Shown piece after piece: positions 11,301-19,600 of a DNA stretch of 64,000 bases (position 1 is the first letter of the stretch; each line of letters begins with the position of its first letter). Origin of the DNA: Bradymonadia bacterium (GTDB lineage: Bacteria; Myxococcota_A; Bradymonadia; UBA7976; UBA1532); NCBI GenBank assembly GCA_046290225.1, contig JBKAGE010000035.1:256001-320000 (forward strand), written 5' to 3'. Below the pieces are notes generated by a model. It was given only the letters and a program-made list of their open reading frames with translations, was not told the DNA's origin and searched no databases. Position numbers and translations under genes: made by a program.

Positions 11301-11824
11301 AGCATTGGGGCCTCGAGCGCGGTGATGTCGACATCTGGATGGGCACTCTGAGCAAGAGTCTGAGCGCCATGGGCGGCTGGATCGCCGGCAGCAACGCCCT
11401 GGTAGAGTACCTGCGTTACACCACCCCGGGCTTCGTCTTCGCCGCTGGCCTGCCCCCGACGCTGGGCGTGGCGGCGCTCACCTCGCTGCAGCTCATGGCC
11501 CAGGAGCCCGAGCGCGTGCAGCAGCTGCAGCGCAATGGCAAAACCTTCGTTCAGGCCCTCACCGAGCGGGGCATCGACGTGGGCCCCGCCCGAGGCGAGT
11601 CACCGGTGGTGCCGGTCATCACTGGCAACTCGCTGCATGCGATGCACCTCGCCGCCCGTCTGCTCGAAGACGGCATCAACGCCCGGCCCATCGTGTACCC
11701 CGCCGTGGCGGACGACGCAGCCCGGCTGCGGTTCTTCCTGTGCAACCTGCACACGCCCGAAGAGCTGGTCCACACCGCAGAGCGCGTAGCCCATCACCTG
11801 CAGCAAATCCGCAGCGAGATCTGA
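5312..11824 (+). CDS. Type I PKS KS-AT-ACP-KR-DH fused to C-terminal PLP-dependent alpha-oxoamine synthase (BioF/serine palmitoyltransferase family)
   Basis: KS DAACASS/HGTGT/NVGH; AT GQGAQ, GHSVG, SHGFHS; ACP LGFDSL; KR TGGMRSVG, LADG, YAAAN; DH HAIGGVPVLP and DSAFQ; AOS SYNYLG, EGVYSMDGD, DEAHS, TLSKS. Confidence 0.95.
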   Translation: MHTTTPIAIVGIGCRFAGAQDLHAYADQMLAGVDGFGPIPADRWTHDGFFDRNPRKADKAYTTRGGFIDDIKSFPAVALQIPPRRLEVMDPQQRLILEVSLQAVADAGMHTSALPKRTGVYVGVTAVEFRTLMASRILAQMMAQGDLGDGMVDPSALAAAIDRVIPPRPFTAPGVLSNMIAATVAQELGLKGPAFTMDAACASSLLAVAQAVTGLRAGLTDVALAGGVYLCLTPEHHVAFSRIGAISPSGRCLPFDARADGFVQGDGAGMVMLKRLDDAEAAGDRIYGIIEGIAVNNDGGGEGPMAPVQSGQMDVIEMAWADAGLSASNLGYVETHGTGTAVGDKTEFAALMQTLGGDVQQAALGSAKANVGHTMSAAGVAGLIRATLALSREVVPPMAHFEGAKAELGLDDSPFFVPTAQQAWSGADRLAAVSSFGFGGTNVHAVVRSANGGSMAAHGAPAPTPQLELVCISAPDEVSLQTLAGRTADALEADPSLTVAGVARAWQVRRAQPARLALVADNRETLVAQLRAAQAGEHADGTTAALAPETPPKIAGLYPGQGAQQIGMLRALKDRFPIIADALAEADSVASEVCTRPISELLYPELRAETIDDEAAQAELTNTRNAQPALIAVGHALTALLDQVGVQLDVVAGHSVGEFTAAVTAEVLPFESGLRWVAARGAAMADHEGDPGAMVALHVPAERAEALLVEVLPVGHDHHGEAIVANHNHPRQVVVSGTTPAVAVITEAAKAAGMRATPLQVSHGFHSPVFADLDLSAVVDGLPLADPQIPLASCIQDHPYADADEARAVFKAHATSPVRFVDTLKQCQQAGAELFLQVGVGGPLASFTRGTLEAGSHKGVLTLSSHKEHLSVGALLLTLGKLWVAGVPVNTAPITGSAPVASVPPEVLPRTWHWGVKREGNGRTTLVGLQSEAKAQTTAQPKTTTSSLAAEKPAASPATAPAPQVDVPAESSAQAASAESVILSTVAQVSAYPLAALKVEMRLMEDLGFDSLMLVDLGEQLVKAIDGLDGLPQELFVNQPRIQDLIDYVTAQGDSNAEANTSTADEAPAHIDDHDPLSRFRPHWVEAPLPTSTTPWPEGLKVAIAGPGVSAAGVRSALQQRGNALVSPSECDVLVWCADGVDQPHLALVVDGDDPAPDPAAALLSTLKTLDSNSHRPDVMVLRDAEDFWAEGLTGVIRALAREWPESRCQSLRFDAGLSAEARVEIFTQAAVSADATVDALFTPTGRFIADLAPAPETAEPFAPTKWGWTVITGGMRSVGLAIAQRLLDAGGMVALVGRKGPSSEAEDLWHTHGERVAFVKADVLDKKGIALALERWHGRVHTMVHCAGVLADGAVGQVSLEAGRSVRAVKTQGWLNSLAACGRGLKRTVAIGSWAGRFGNRHQLHYAAANAQMAAIAEHLPIPAVVSEFGPWTDSTMGQTLSEGVKATMRASGVDFVGTEAGVNAVLADLADPIGVSLRARRVPQRDRRVQQRVPLSVAAHPYLHDHAIGGVPVLPMASVVDLIAWSSAVQGPFEVSNVRLFRGVTVTEDTHLTVQVNGDAARVTGPEDTLHYTATVRPVLDLPTWAAVDATGPVGVDLDTFYRDVTFHGPMLRGLVAAEGAGPDVIRGRVKTGRPSDWMPDTARDRWSVDPLALDSAFQLAAVAAWVQFQRGGTPIALERLVQIAPLPAGEIWAEVRLKSHTGDQFTADVALLDASGALLLLAEGLKAELRAIEAPDQGHDPAPQAPETPATEAPAAEAMELKPEWTDFAEAPEYKDLRMRLDMVGALGLKNPYFDVHQGTARSHSLIDGRDCLNYSSYNYLGYSGDPRVLDAVEAAMRTYGTSVSASRVASGERPFHGELERGLAAAQNADAAVVMGSGHATNVTTIGHLFGSKDLILHDELIHDSCLQGIKLSGAARRSYRHEDPEHLESQLKMLRPHYERVLILTEGVYSMDGDISNTPAFVALKRKYGCLLMVDEAHSFGTVGATGRGVGEHWGLERGDVDIWMGTLSKSLSAMGGWIAGSNALVEYLRYTTPGFVFAAGLPPTLGVAALTSLQLMAQEPERVQQLQRNGKTFVQALTERGIDVGPARGESPVVPVITGNSLHAMHLAARLLEDGINARPIVYPAVADDAARLRFFLCNLHTPEELVHTAERVAHHLQQIRSEI

Positions 11825-11828
11825 CCGC

Positions 11829-13121
11829 TCAGCGCGCCGTCAAACCTTCGAGGGTTCGGGCCAGGAGCCCGGCGGTGTGGGGCGCGGAGAACTGATCCAC
11901 GGCGTCCCCCTTAGGGGTCACCGCCGGCCTGCCCTCCACAGCAGCAGCGAGCACCTTCCGCAGCGCGTCGCACACCGCGGCCACGTCATCAGGGGCTGCC
12001 ACAAACCCCGTGCCTGTATCTTCCACCATGCCCCGCAGCTCGGAGCTGCCGGAGAGACACAGGATCGGCGCTCCAGACAAGAAGTAGTCGAAGGTCTTCG
12101 CCGGCACGTACAAGGTCTCGCCACCATAGGCCAGCAGCAGCTGAAGCGGAGCCTTCGCCAGGCGGGTGATGCCCTCGGCATAAGGCACGTACGGCTCCCA
12201 GTGCAGCATGGACTGCAGACCCAGATCAGCGAGCAGGTCCAAGTCGGTCTGCGCCGGACGCCCCAGGTTCACCAGCCGCAAGCGCTCCGCGCCTGGGCAC
12301 TGCTCATCTCGGAGACGGGCGACGGCTCGAATGACCGTCGCCAGCTTCCGGGGCCCATAACAATTGCCGAAGTGGATCAGATCGATGGGCCCGTCAGGGT
12401 CGATGTGCACCCCTCGCGGCGGCGCCAGCGCCGGATCGAAGCTGTTGTAGATGGTGCGGATGTGGCCCTCGGGCAAGCCTGGGTACAGCTGGCGGTAAGC
12501 CTCAGCGGCGTGCTCACACGTGAGCAGCACCTGATCAGCTGCGGCGAAGTAGCGTGACTCGAGGCGCGCCTCCACCGCCCGCGTCCAGTTGGGTTTACGC
12601 AGTTGGTTGAAGTTGAGCGACCACGGATCGCGCAGGTCGAGGCACACCGGCAGGCCGGTCATCTTCTTGGCGGCGATGCCCAGCCGCAGCATGTAGTAGG
12701 GGCTCGACGTAGAGAAGATGACCTCGGGCTGCCAGCGATCCACCGCCTCGCGGATCTGGCGCAACATCCAGCGCTGAATCCAGGCCTGAGAGTTCAGCGG
12801 CAGCTGAAACTGCCCCGTCACGGTCTTCACCAGTGACTTCTTCTGCTCCGGGCGATCGGTGGTGGGCTGAGCGGTCGTGCCATCGCTGGGCCGGCCCTTG
12901 GGCTCAGGCCACCACCCAGGCAGCAGGTTGCGCTGGAGCACCACCGAGTCGGGCAAGGGATGGGGCGTAGAGTCCGCCCGCTCCGGAGAGGGCTCCGGGC
13001 CGGTGATCACCACGGGGCGCCACCCATGCTCGGGCAGATACCGGGCAAACCGATAAGGCCGCTTCCCGCCCACCGCGAAGGAGGGGGGAAAGTGCTCTGC
13101 CAGCATCAATACGGTCCTCAT
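11829..13121 (-). CDS. GT4-like (GT-B fold) glycosyltransferase
   Basis: FPPSFAVGGKR, GWRPVVIT, DLRDPW, PAKTFDY motifs typical of polysaccharide-locus GT4 enzymes. Confidence 0.82.
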   Translation of the reverse strand: MRTVLMLAEHFPPSFAVGGKRPYRFARYLPEHGWRPVVITGPEPSPERADSTPHPLPDSVVLQRNLLPGWWPEPKGRPSDGTTAQPTTDRPEQKKSLVKTVTGQFQLPLNSQAWIQRWMLRQIREAVDRWQPEVIFSTSSPYYMLRLGIAAKKMTGLPVCLDLRDPWSLNFNQLRKPNWTRAVEARLESRYFAAADQVLLTCEHAAEAYRQLYPGLPEGHIRTIYNSFDPALAPPRGVHIDPDGPIDLIHFGNCYGPRKLATVIRAVARLRDEQCPGAERLRLVNLGRPAQTDLDLLADLGLQSMLHWEPYVPYAEGITRLAKAPLQLLLAYGGETLYVPAKTFDYFLSGAPILCLSGSSELRGMVEDTGTGFVAAPDDVAAVCDALRKVLAAAVEGRPAVTPKGDAVDQFSAPHTAGLLARTLEGLTAR

Positions 13122-13294
13122 GCGTATGCCTCTGCGCGCCTCTGTGATGTCGTCCGGCGCAGCTTGACGACTTTGAAGATTACGTACAACACGCTTGTCG
13201 ATCTCCCAGACCGCGCGGGCGGTTGCTCACACCAGACACGGTGCTTAGAGTGCCTCTCAACGCCAGCCCGCGCTCAAAGCTCCGAGGTCGTCCA

Positions 13295-14047
13295 GTGCCG
13301 CTCCCGCTCATCTCCGCCATCATCCCCATCCGCAACCGCAGCAGCGATCGACTGGAGAACTGCCTGAGGGCGCTCCGATGGCAGGATCTGCCAGACGATC
13401 AATACGAAGTGATATTGAGTGATTTTGGCTCCAGCCCCGAGGAGGCCCGCCTGCTCCTCGAGATGGCCGAGCGCCACGGCGCCAGAGTGGTGCGCACCGA
13501 CACCGACGAGGTCTGGAACCGCTCCCGGGCCCTGAACTACGGCATCCGCGCCGCCCGGGGCGACTTCGTGTTCTGCACGGACGCCGACATGATCTTCGCG
13601 CCGAACTTCCTGAGCACGCTCCTGAGCACGCAACAGGCGAACGCGGATCAGGCCTTCGTGGTGTGCCGCTGCCGGGATCTCCCCGAGTCAGTGCCGGAGC
13701 AGCCCTGGCGGTTCGAGGATTTTCCGGATCTGCTGAGCAAGGCGGACTTCAGAGAGAAGCTGGGCACTGGGGCCTGCCAGATGGCAAAACGCAGCTTCTT
13801 CAACGACATCCGCGGTTACGACGAAGGCTTCAAGTTCTGGGGCATGGAAGACAACGACATGAAGTTCCGCGCCACCCGCTCGGGGCTCTCACTGATCTGG
13901 GTGCACGAGCAGACGTCAATGCTGCACCAGTGGCACCCCTCGGATCGCGGCAAGCGCCCGTTCCGGAAGTTCCTCAACGACGTACGGTTCCACGTGAGCA
14001 AATACCGCCGTCGCAAGAACCTGGTGCGCTGGGGCGGCCAGCCATAG
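13295..14047 (+). CDS. GT2 family glycosyltransferase
   Basis: ISAIIP, SDFGS, NRSRALNYG, TDAD (DxD), GYDEGFKFWGMEDND; GTG 13295 with GAGG RBS (ORF open from 13223). Confidence 0.88.
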   Translation: MPLPLISAIIPIRNRSSDRLENCLRALRWQDLPDDQYEVILSDFGSSPEEARLLLEMAERHGARVVRTDTDEVWNRSRALNYGIRAARGDFVFCTDADMIFAPNFLSTLLSTQQANADQAFVVCRCRDLPESVPEQPWRFEDFPDLLSKADFREKLGTGACQMAKRSFFNDIRGYDEGFKFWGMEDNDMKFRATRSGLSLIWVHEQTSMLHQWHPSDRGKRPFRKFLNDVRFHVSKYRRRKNLVRWGGQP

Positions 14048-14065
14048 AGGCCCAGCCATTCCCCT

Positions 14066-15703
14066 TCAGCCCTGAGACTTCAAAAACTTCAACCGCACCC
14101 ACCCCAAACCAAAGGCCAGGTCAGCTGACGAAATCAGCCCCGTCACCCGGCCGATGAGGGTGAACATCGGGATGATGATGATCGCATAGGCCACCAGGCC
14201 CACCAGCGGGTGCAACAGATCAGCATTCTTGAGCAGCACCGCGGGGATCGCCGCCGCTGAAGCCGCCAGCACCACCTTGAGCCAGATGAAGACCGGGAAG
14301 GTGTGCGTAAAAGGCACCTTGAGGGCATCAGCGATGTAGTAGCAGTACACCGCCACCATGGGGATGAAGGCCAGCAGGGTGCCCAGAGCGGGGCCGATGA
14401 AGCCCAGCCAGAGGGCCAGGGGGATCGTGAGCACCAGGTTCGAAACCAGGGCGAAGGAAGACGCCTTGAACAGGAGCGGTGAGCGACCTGCGGCGAGGAT
14501 CAGCACCCCGAAGCTGGCCACCCGGCCCATCGTGTAGATCACGTAGATGCGGAACACCTGGGCCGCGCCCAGGTAGTCATCCGTGAAGGCCACCCGAATG
14601 AACTCCTCCGCGCCGACGACGAAGATCATGCAGATGGGGATGATGATGAGCGAGACCTTGTGGATCGACTCTCGCCAGAGGTCGATGACCGTCATCGGCT
14701 GCTCCGCTTTGATCAGCTCGACGAAGCGGGGCATGTAGACGTGGCCGACGCTGTAGGCGATGGCCGTGATGGGCAGCTGCCAGGCCCCGGCGCGGTACTC
14801 TGCGAACAGCTGCGCCGACATCAGCAGCAAGATGGCGTAGCGGTCGATGGCGGCGTTGAGGTTGTTGATGATGTCCGTCAGGCCCAGCGGGTAGGCGAAG
14901 CGGGCCATCTCGCCGAGGCTGACCTCCGAGGGCACGTGAGCCACCCCACGGTATTGCTGCATGAACACGCGGCCGATCCAGGCACCCTGGATCAGCGAGA
15001 ACAAGGTGAGCCCACCCACGATGCCCGGCACGCCCAGGCCCAGGGCCGCGGGGATCACCATGCCGGCGCTCATCCCGATGGCCCGCAGGACCCCGAAGGT
15101 GGCCGCCTTGCTGGCGCGGTTCTCGGCGATCAGGAAGTTCGGGAACACCCGGGCCAGCACGTCGAGCACGGGGAAGGCCACGAAATACTTCAAATAACTG
15201 AGATCAGCCCGCTCTCCCTGCGGATCATCCGAGACCCATTGCCCGAAGGCGTCGAGCACATCGTTCCCGACGAGGCCCACGACATAGAGCACCACCCCGA
15301 TGATCACCCCCAGGCCCATCACCGCGCCGAACAGTCGCCGGGAGATGGCGAAGCGCGCCTCTGCGTCGCGGCCCGCCAGGAAGAACAGGATGGCCGCGGG
15401 GAAGCCCGCGGTGAGCACCACCGAGAGGGTGGTGTAGATGAGCATCAGGCCCGTGAAGGCGCCGAAGTCGGCTTTGCCCAGCAAGCGCACAATGACGAAG
15501 GGCATGATGGCCTCTGCCACCATGGCCATGAACCGACCAAAGACCAGGATGCTCGCGTCGCGGACCTCATTGCGCTCCGAGGTGGGCTCTTGTTGCGCGT
15601 CTGGCTGATCTTCGGGCTGCTCTGCAGGCCGCTCTTCAGATGTGTCTTCTGGGGGGTTGGACATGAGGCGGGCCGAGCTCTGCGTGGGTCTTGGGGTGGC
15701 CAT
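14066..15703 (-). CDS. Wzx/MOP-superfamily oligosaccharide flippase
   Basis: Many hydrophobic segments; VRLLGKADFGAF, IDRYAI, LWLGFIGPALGT patterns; start uncertain (15703 or 15664). Confidence 0.82.
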   Translation of the reverse strand: MATPRPTQSSARLMSNPPEDTSEERPAEQPEDQPDAQQEPTSERNEVRDASILVFGRFMAMVAEAIMPFVIVRLLGKADFGAFTGLMLIYTTLSVVLTAGFPAAILFFLAGRDAEARFAISRRLFGAVMGLGVIIGVVLYVVGLVGNDVLDAFGQWVSDDPQGERADLSYLKYFVAFPVLDVLARVFPNFLIAENRASKAATFGVLRAIGMSAGMVIPAALGLGVPGIVGGLTLFSLIQGAWIGRVFMQQYRGVAHVPSEVSLGEMARFAYPLGLTDIINNLNAAIDRYAILLLMSAQLFAEYRAGAWQLPITAIAYSVGHVYMPRFVELIKAEQPMTVIDLWRESIHKVSLIIIPICMIFVVGAEEFIRVAFTDDYLGAAQVFRIYVIYTMGRVASFGVLILAAGRSPLLFKASSFALVSNLVLTIPLALWLGFIGPALGTLLAFIPMVAVYCYYIADALKVPFTHTFPVFIWLKVVLAASAAAIPAVLLKNADLLHPLVGLVAYAIIIIPMFTLIGRVTGLISSADLAFGLGWVRLKFLKSQG

Positions 15704-15803
15704 CAATGGCCCGAGTCGACCGCGGCGTCAAGGGGGCCAACCCGGGGCAATCGCCCTTTGATGGCTGTGATATGGTGAGTCTTCACCTTAATTTCAGAGC
15801 GCC

Positions 15804-16967
15804 ATGATCGACCCACGACCCATCATCGACGAGATCCACGAGCATCTGCGGGCGCTGGGCGCCAAAAAAGTGGTGCTCTATGGCTACACCCGACGCGATC
15901 ACACCCATCACTGGGTCATGGCCGCCATCCATCGCGCCTTCGAGCTGATCCTCGCCGACACACCGGAGATCTCTCTGCACTGGGTGGACAACCGCAGCCG
16001 CGGGCTGATGCGCACCCTCGAAGATGCCGTGGTCTTCGGCAACATCAACGCCGACAAGGTGCACTGGGCCATGCCCCTGGTGCCCAGCGCCCACTACATC
16101 CTGCACAACCACGCCCCCAAGGATCTCACCGTCGACCCCTTCGCCGAGTACATCGAGGCCGGTCGGTGCGTGTTCTACGACGTCTTCCGCGGGCGGCCCG
16201 AAGGTGACTATGTGCCGGTGGAGGGCGAGCCGTGTCACTACACCTCGCTCTCAGAGGCCAACCTCACGATCACCTGGGCCACCGATCTGCTCCCCGGCGA
16301 GATCGCCGAGAACGCTGAGCGGGTCAAAGGCCTGAGCAGCGACGCTGATCGCCGTGAGGTGGTGTTCGTGGGCTCACTCTGGCGAGCCAACGCCGACGAG
16401 ATGGTGGAGCTGGCCCAGCACACAGTCGATCGGGGCCTCGTGTTCACCCACTACGGCCGCCAGCTGCTCCAGGCCCCGTGGCCCGAGCACGCGGACGTCA
16501 AGGTGCACACCGGCTCGGTCTCCTTCGAGGAGAACATGCGGCTGGTCCGCGAGGGCAAGATCGCCCCTGCGCTCCAAGGGCTACATCAGCTGAAGAACCC
16601 CACCGAGGTGGGCAACTACGTGCCTTGCCGCATCTTCAAGAACATCAGCTACGGCGCCTGGGGGGTGAGCAACAACCCCACCGTCGCCACGCTCTTCGAT
16701 GACGAGCTGATCTGCGAGGCCGACATCGGCGCCATGCTCGACGCCGCCCTCACCGCCATCACCGACCGACCTCAGCGCACGGCGCTGCTGCCCATGATGG
16801 CCCACGTCGCCGCACACCACACCTACCTCAACCGCCTGCGCCTCATGCTCAGCTTCGCCCACGCACGGCGAGACTCGGTGGGCATGCGCACGCCCCCTGC
16901 ACCCAAAAAGGCCGACCAGCTGCGCTGGATGGGCAAGCACACTGTCTCTCGCATCTTGCGGCGCTGA
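15804..16967 (+). CDS. Putative glycosyltransferase-like protein (CgeB/Glyco_trans_1_2-like C-terminus)
   Basis: VVFVGS, CRIFKNISYG and HHTYLNRL motifs; polysaccharide-locus context. Confidence 0.55.
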   Translation: MIDPRPIIDEIHEHLRALGAKKVVLYGYTRRDHTHHWVMAAIHRAFELILADTPEISLHWVDNRSRGLMRTLEDAVVFGNINADKVHWAMPLVPSAHYILHNHAPKDLTVDPFAEYIEAGRCVFYDVFRGRPEGDYVPVEGEPCHYTSLSEANLTITWATDLLPGEIAENAERVKGLSSDADRREVVFVGSLWRANADEMVELAQHTVDRGLVFTHYGRQLLQAPWPEHADVKVHTGSVSFEENMRLVREGKIAPALQGLHQLKNPTEVGNYVPCRIFKNISYGAWGVSNNPTVATLFDDELICEADIGAMLDAALTAITDRPQRTALLPMMAHVAAHHTYLNRLRLMLSFAHARRDSVGMRTPPAPKKADQLRWMGKHTVSRILRR

Positions 16968-17058
16968 TCTTCGCCACGTGACAGCGATTGATTGAGCCTC
17001 AAGAAGTTCGGCGCGCCACCCGATGGCAAAGCATTGCCCCGCCGGATAACGAAGGCAG

Positions 17059-18120
17059 ATGACGCGGATTTTGATCACAGGCGGCAGCGGCTTCATCGGG
17101 TCGAATTTTCTGAACCTGATGGTGCCTCGACATCCGGACGACGTCTTCCTCAACGTCGACGCGCTGACCTACGCCGGGAACCCCCAGAGCCTGTCGGCCC
17201 TCGAGGGCCGTGAGAACTATCACTTCACTCGGGCCGACATCGCCGACGCCGCCGCCGTGGAGTCGATCTTCACCGAGTTCCAGCCCGACTGGGTCTTCCA
17301 CTTCGCCGCCGAGAGCCACGTCGACCGCTCCATCACCGCCCCTGGCGCCTTCATCCAGACCAACATCGTGGGCACCTTCACCCTGCTCGACGCCTGTCGT
17401 CGCCATTGGCGTGATCTCACGGGCAAAGTGTTCCATCACGTGAGCACCGACGAGGTCTATGGATCCCTCGGCGCCGAAGGCCGGTTCGACGAAGACACCC
17501 CGTACGATCCCAGCAGCCCCTACTCCGCCTCGAAGGCCGGCAGCGATCACCTCGTCCGCGCGTGGCATCGCACGTATGGCTTGCCGATCCGCATCACCAA
17601 CTGCTCGAACAACTACGGGCCCTACCAGTTCCCCGAGAAGCTGATCCCGCTGATGGTGCTCAACGCCCTCGAGGGCAAGCCTCTGCCGGTCTACGGAGAC
17701 GGGGGCCACGTACGTGACTGGCTCTACGTGCTTGATCACTGCGAGGCGATCTGGGCGGTGGCCGAGCGGGGCCGCGACGGAGAGACCTACACCATCGGCG
17801 GCGACAGCGAGCGCACCAACCTGCAGGTGGTGCACGCCATCTGTGATGCCGTGGCCCGACACGCCATGGGGGATCCCGATGACTTCCGAGGGCTCGTCAC
17901 CTTCGTCGCCGATCGGCCGGGCCACGACTTCCGCTACGCCATCGACAGCGACAAGATCACAACCGAGCTGGGCTGGTCCCCCACGATGACTTTCGAAGAT
18001 GGCCTCGATCTCACAGTGGAGTGGTACCTGAGCAACGAGGCCTGGGTAGAACAGGTCCGCACCGGAGCGTATCGGGACTGGATCGAGCGCAACTACGCCA
18101 GGCGAGGCGACCGCCCATGA
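17059..18120 (+). CDS. rmlB: dTDP-glucose 4,6-dehydratase
   Basis: [58 protein letters not shown]. Confidence 0.97.
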   Translation: MTRILITGGSGFIGSNFLNLMVPRHPDDVFLNVDALTYAGNPQSLSALEGRENYHFTRADIADAAAVESIFTEFQPDWVFHFAAESHVDRSITAPGAFIQTNIVGTFTLLDACRRHWRDLTGKVFHHVSTDEVYGSLGAEGRFDEDTPYDPSSPYSASKAGSDHLVRAWHRTYGLPIRITNCSNNYGPYQFPEKLIPLMVLNALEGKPLPVYGDGGHVRDWLYVLDHCEAIWAVAERGRDGETYTIGGDSERTNLQVVHAICDAVARHAMGDPDDFRGLVTFVADRPGHDFRYAIDSDKITTELGWSPTMTFEDGLDLTVEWYLSNEAWVEQVRTGAYRDWIERNYARRGDRP

Positions 18121-18998
18121 GCAAGATTCAAAAGGGCATCGTGCTCGCCGGGGGATCAGGCACCCGCCTGCACCCCATCACGCTGGCGACGAGCAAGCAG
18201 CTGGTGCCGGTCTACAACAAGCCAATGATCTACTACCCGCTCACCACGCTGATGCTGGCGGGTCTGCGCGAGGTGTTGATCATCACCACCCCCCACGACC
18301 AGCAGGCCTTCCAGCGCCTGCTCGGTGACGGCCGCCAGTGGGGCATGCGCATCGAGTACGCTGTGCAGCCGAGCCCCGACGGCCTCGCCCAGGCGTTCAT
18401 CATCGGCGAAGACTTCATCGGCGGCGAAGGCTGCGCCCTGGTCCTCGGCGACAACATCTTCTACGGCCAGGGCCTCTCAGCCATGGTGCAGCGCGCCGCA
18501 GATCGACCAGAGGGAGCCACGGTCTTCGCCTATCCCGTGGAGAACCCCAGGGCATACGGCGTGGTGACCTTCGATACCTCTGGTCAGGCCATCGCCCTCG
18601 ACGAGAAGCCCGCCCAGCCCCGCTCGAAGTACGCCGTCACTGGGCTCTACTTCTACGACGACTCGGTGGTGCAGCTGGCCAGAACACTGCGGCCCTCTGA
18701 TCGAGGAGAGCTGGAGATCACTGATCTCAACCGCCTCTACCTCGAACGCAGGGCCCTCAACGTCGAGCAGCTCGGCCGAGGCTACGCATGGCTCGACACG
18801 GGATCACCCGAGGCGATGATGCTCGCCGCCCAGTTCGTGCAGTCGGTGGAGAGCCGCCAGGGCTTCTTGATCGCCAGCCCGGAAGAGATCGCCTGGCGAA
18901 AAGGCTGGATCTCCACGGCGCAGCTGGAGTCCCTGGCGATGCCATTGCTCAAGACGGATTACGGCAGAGCCCTCATGGCCCTGGCGGAGGGGGCCTGA
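18117..18998 (+). CDS. rmlA: Glucose-1-phosphate thymidylyltransferase
   Basis: [51 protein letters not shown] overlap with rmlB. Confidence 0.97.
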   Translation: MSKIQKGIVLAGGSGTRLHPITLATSKQLVPVYNKPMIYYPLTTLMLAGLREVLIITTPHDQQAFQRLLGDGRQWGMRIEYAVQPSPDGLAQAFIIGEDFIGGEGCALVLGDNIFYGQGLSAMVQRAADRPEGATVFAYPVENPRAYGVVTFDTSGQAIALDEKPAQPRSKYAVTGLYFYDDSVVQLARTLRPSDRGELEITDLNRLYLERRALNVEQLGRGYAWLDTGSPEAMMLAAQFVQSVESRQGFLIASPEEIAWRKGWISTAQLESLAMPLLKTDYGRALMALAEGA

Positions 18999-19600
18999 TG
19001 CAGGTCAAGCCCATGCGTTTACCCGGTGTGCAGCTGATTGTACCCCGCATCTTCGGCGACGAGCGGGGCAGCTTCGCCGAGGTCTGGCACTCTGCTGGCT
19101 ACGGCAAGATGGGCGTGCCGGCCTCTGGCGAGTCCTTCGTGCAGGACAACCTCTCAGTCTCTCGCAAGGGGGTGCTCCGGGGTCTGCACCTGCAGCACCC
19201 GAACGGTCAGGGCAAGCTGGTGAGCGTGCTGAGCGGTCGCATCTTCGACGTCGTCGCCGACGTGCGCCTCGACTCACCGACGTACGGCGAGTGGCTGGGG
19301 GTGCACCTCGACGGCGTGAGCCGCCACCAGCTCTATGTGCCCTCGGGCTACGCCCACGGCTTCCTGGCCCTCGAGGACGACACGGTGGTGCAATACAAGT
19401 GCACGGCTTTTTACAGCCCCGGCGACGAGCTCTCGGTCATCTGGAATGATCCGACGCTGGGCATCGACTGGCCGATCTCTGATCCGATTCAGTCTGTGAA
19501 AGACGCTGCAGCCTCAAAGTTGACCGAGATCGACCCCGCCCGGCTGCCCACCCTGGCCAGCTCAGTGCCTCTCACGCCTGTAGAGCTTCAGACCGCCTGA
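18998..19600 (+). CDS. rmlC: dTDP-4-dehydrorhamnose 3,5-epimerase
   Basis: FGDERG, FVQDN, GVLRGLH, QGKLV, GYAHGF, WNDPTLGIDWP; TGATG overlap with rmlA. Confidence 0.95.
   Translation: MQVKPMRLPGVQLIVPRIFGDERGSFAEVWHSAGYGKMGVPASGESFVQDNLSVSRKGVLRGLHLQHPNGQGKLVSVLSGRIFDVVADVRLDSPTYGEWLGVHLDGVSRHQLYVPSGYAHGFLALEDDTVVQYKCTAFYSPGDELSVIWNDPTLGIDWPISDPIQSVKDAAASKLTEIDPARLPTLASSVPLTPVELQTA

Noticed and set aside
10600..11824. Biotin synthesis (bioF) interpretation of the PKS C-terminal domain
   Set aside because: No other bio genes nearby and a long-chain FAAL/GT context; disfavoured but not formally excluded without phylogeny
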